DNA from: Anaerolineales bacterium
GTDB lineage: Bacteria; Chloroflexota; Anaerolineae; Anaerolineales; E44-bin32
Assembly: GCA_034417075.1 (NCBI GenBank)
Contig: DAOULU010000038.1
Span: 15,766-79,765 of the forward strand
Direction: 5' to 3'
Length of the DNA: 64,000 bases
In this document: piece by piece, positions 63,324-64,000 of the stretch
Numbering within the stretch: the stretch's first letter is position 1
How the letters are laid out: the number at the start of each line of letters is the position of its first letter
The notes under the pieces: model-generated
Told to the model about the DNA's origin: nothing
Databases searched by the model: none
What the model saw: only the letters and a program-made list of their open reading frames with translations
Made by a program: the position numbers and the translations under genes

Positions 63324-64000
63324 ATGCAATTAAACCACCTGTCGCTTACCCATTTTCGCAACTTCATTCGTCTCGATCTGGCCTTCACCAAAGGTGTGAC
63401 CATTCTGGTAGGTGCCAACGCACAGGGAAAGACGAGTCTGCTCGACGCCATCCACTATCTGACCTCCGCGCAATCCCCACACACGAGCAACGACCGCCAT
63501 TTCATCCATTTTGATGCGCTGCAGGATTCACCGCCTTTCGCCCGCATCGTGGCCGAGATCCAGCGCAACACATACGGAACGTACGAGGCAGAAAGCGCCG
63601 CTCACAAACCCAAACCATTGCGGATCGAAATCCGCCTGATTCTCAACAGCGTCGGTCCGACGAACAGTCAACGCCTGCGCAGGGAGGTATTGGTCAACGG
63701 CGTAAAACGCAAAGTAAGTCAACTGGCTGGCGTCTTCAATGCGGTGATGTTCCTGCCCAAAGACATGCGCGTCGTGGAAGGCTCTCCTTCCGAACGACGC
63801 GACTTCCTCGATAATGCACTTTGCCAAGCAGATCCCAGTTATGCCCAAGTCTTATCAGAATTCACCGCCGTGCTTTCCCAGCGTAACGCGCTGCTCAAAC
63901 AGCTTCAGGAACGTAAACCCGGCAAGGACGAGATCACATATTGGGACGAAAAACTCTGCGAGTACGCTGCCGCATTGATTACGACACGTCTGGCTGCGCT
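63324..64000 (+). CDS. recF: DNA replication/repair protein RecF (3' end beyond window)
   Basis: My translation: MQLNHLSLTHFRNFIRLDLAFTKGVTILVGANAQGKTSLLDAIHYL..., which includes the Walker A motif. The frame stays open to 64000. Confidence 0.9.
   Translation, partial: MQLNHLSLTHFRNFIRLDLAFTKGVTILVGANAQGKTSLLDAIHYLTSAQSPHTSNDRHFIHFDALQDSPPFARIVAEIQRNTYGTYEAESAAHKPKPLRIEIRLILNSVGPTNSQRLRREVLVNGVKRKVSQLAGVFNAVMFLPKDMRVVEGSPSERRDFLDNALCQADPSYAQVLSEFTAVLSQRNALLKQLQERKPGKDEITYWDEKLCEYAAALITTRLAA

Noticed and set aside
1-64000. Search for CRISPR arrays, rRNA, IS elements, integrases and prophage genes.
   Set aside because: I saw no regularly spaced 25-40-bp repeats, no 16S/23S/5S signatures, and no transposase or integrase-like ORFs (no DDE or tyrosine-recombinase motifs) in any frame.

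Overview
Gene-dense chromosomal segment with about 50 protein genes. I recognised no rRNA, tRNA, CRISPR array, transposase or integrase. All product calls come from motif recognition in the supplied translations plus my own reading of both strands; no database search was possible. The taxonomic guess is inference only: a Chloroflexota/Anaerolineae-like bacterium, based on Pro/Thr-rich linkers in many secreted proteins, a fused MFS/spermidine-synthase, an ADP-forming acetyl-CoA synthetase, and many TGCTAYAAT-type -10 boxes lying very close to start codons.

Layout:
- 1-2.2 kb: two REC+GAF regulators.
- 2.4-12.5 kb: a proteostasis neighbourhood. It holds a CbpA-like J-protein, HtrA, an eRF1/Pelota/Vms1-like protein, three coiled-coil membrane proteins, rhomboid, Hsp20 and ClpB.
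- 12.6-21 kb: housekeeping and envelope genes (fused MFS/spermidine synthase, Pcm, OsmC, FHA, NfeD, NERD, GT2, RNase HII).
- 21-23.3 kb: a DUF937/DUF3597 pair bracketed by two paralogous 56-aa membrane proteins.
- 23.4-40.4 kb: 7TM-PAS histidine kinase, M19 dipeptidase, DUF211+VIT pair, BaiN-like flavoprotein, ADP-forming acetyl-CoA synthetase with a Pta-N-terminal-like protein, a 1200-aa multi-GAF kinase, and aconitase.
- 40.5-45.7 kb: the least ordinary part. It holds an FGE-domain/7-Asp-box-propeller fusion flanked by a short repeat family, an AT-rich gap, a coiled-coil J-domain protein, an orphan 126-aa protein and an XRE-HTH fusion.
- 45.7-64 kb: LysM protein, purA, C39-like/TPR protein, murJ, two lipoproteins, a BMP-family nucleoside ABC transporter operon with a long structured leader, ftsK, a cNMP-binding/bPH membrane protein, def and recF (truncated at the window edge).

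Best candidates for something undescribed:
1. The eRF1-like protein with a variant GGQ loop (RGGGSQS) and a zinc ribbon, sitting in a chaperone/protease cluster.
2. The translationally coupled trio of single-pass coiled-coil membrane proteins, one of which has an N-terminal HhH DNA-binding module.
3. The duplicated small membrane protein bracketing DUF937/DUF3597. The two copies share a nearly identical 27-nt initiation region while the rest of the genes has diverged.
4. The GTAGCATATC repeat family flanking the FGE-propeller gene.
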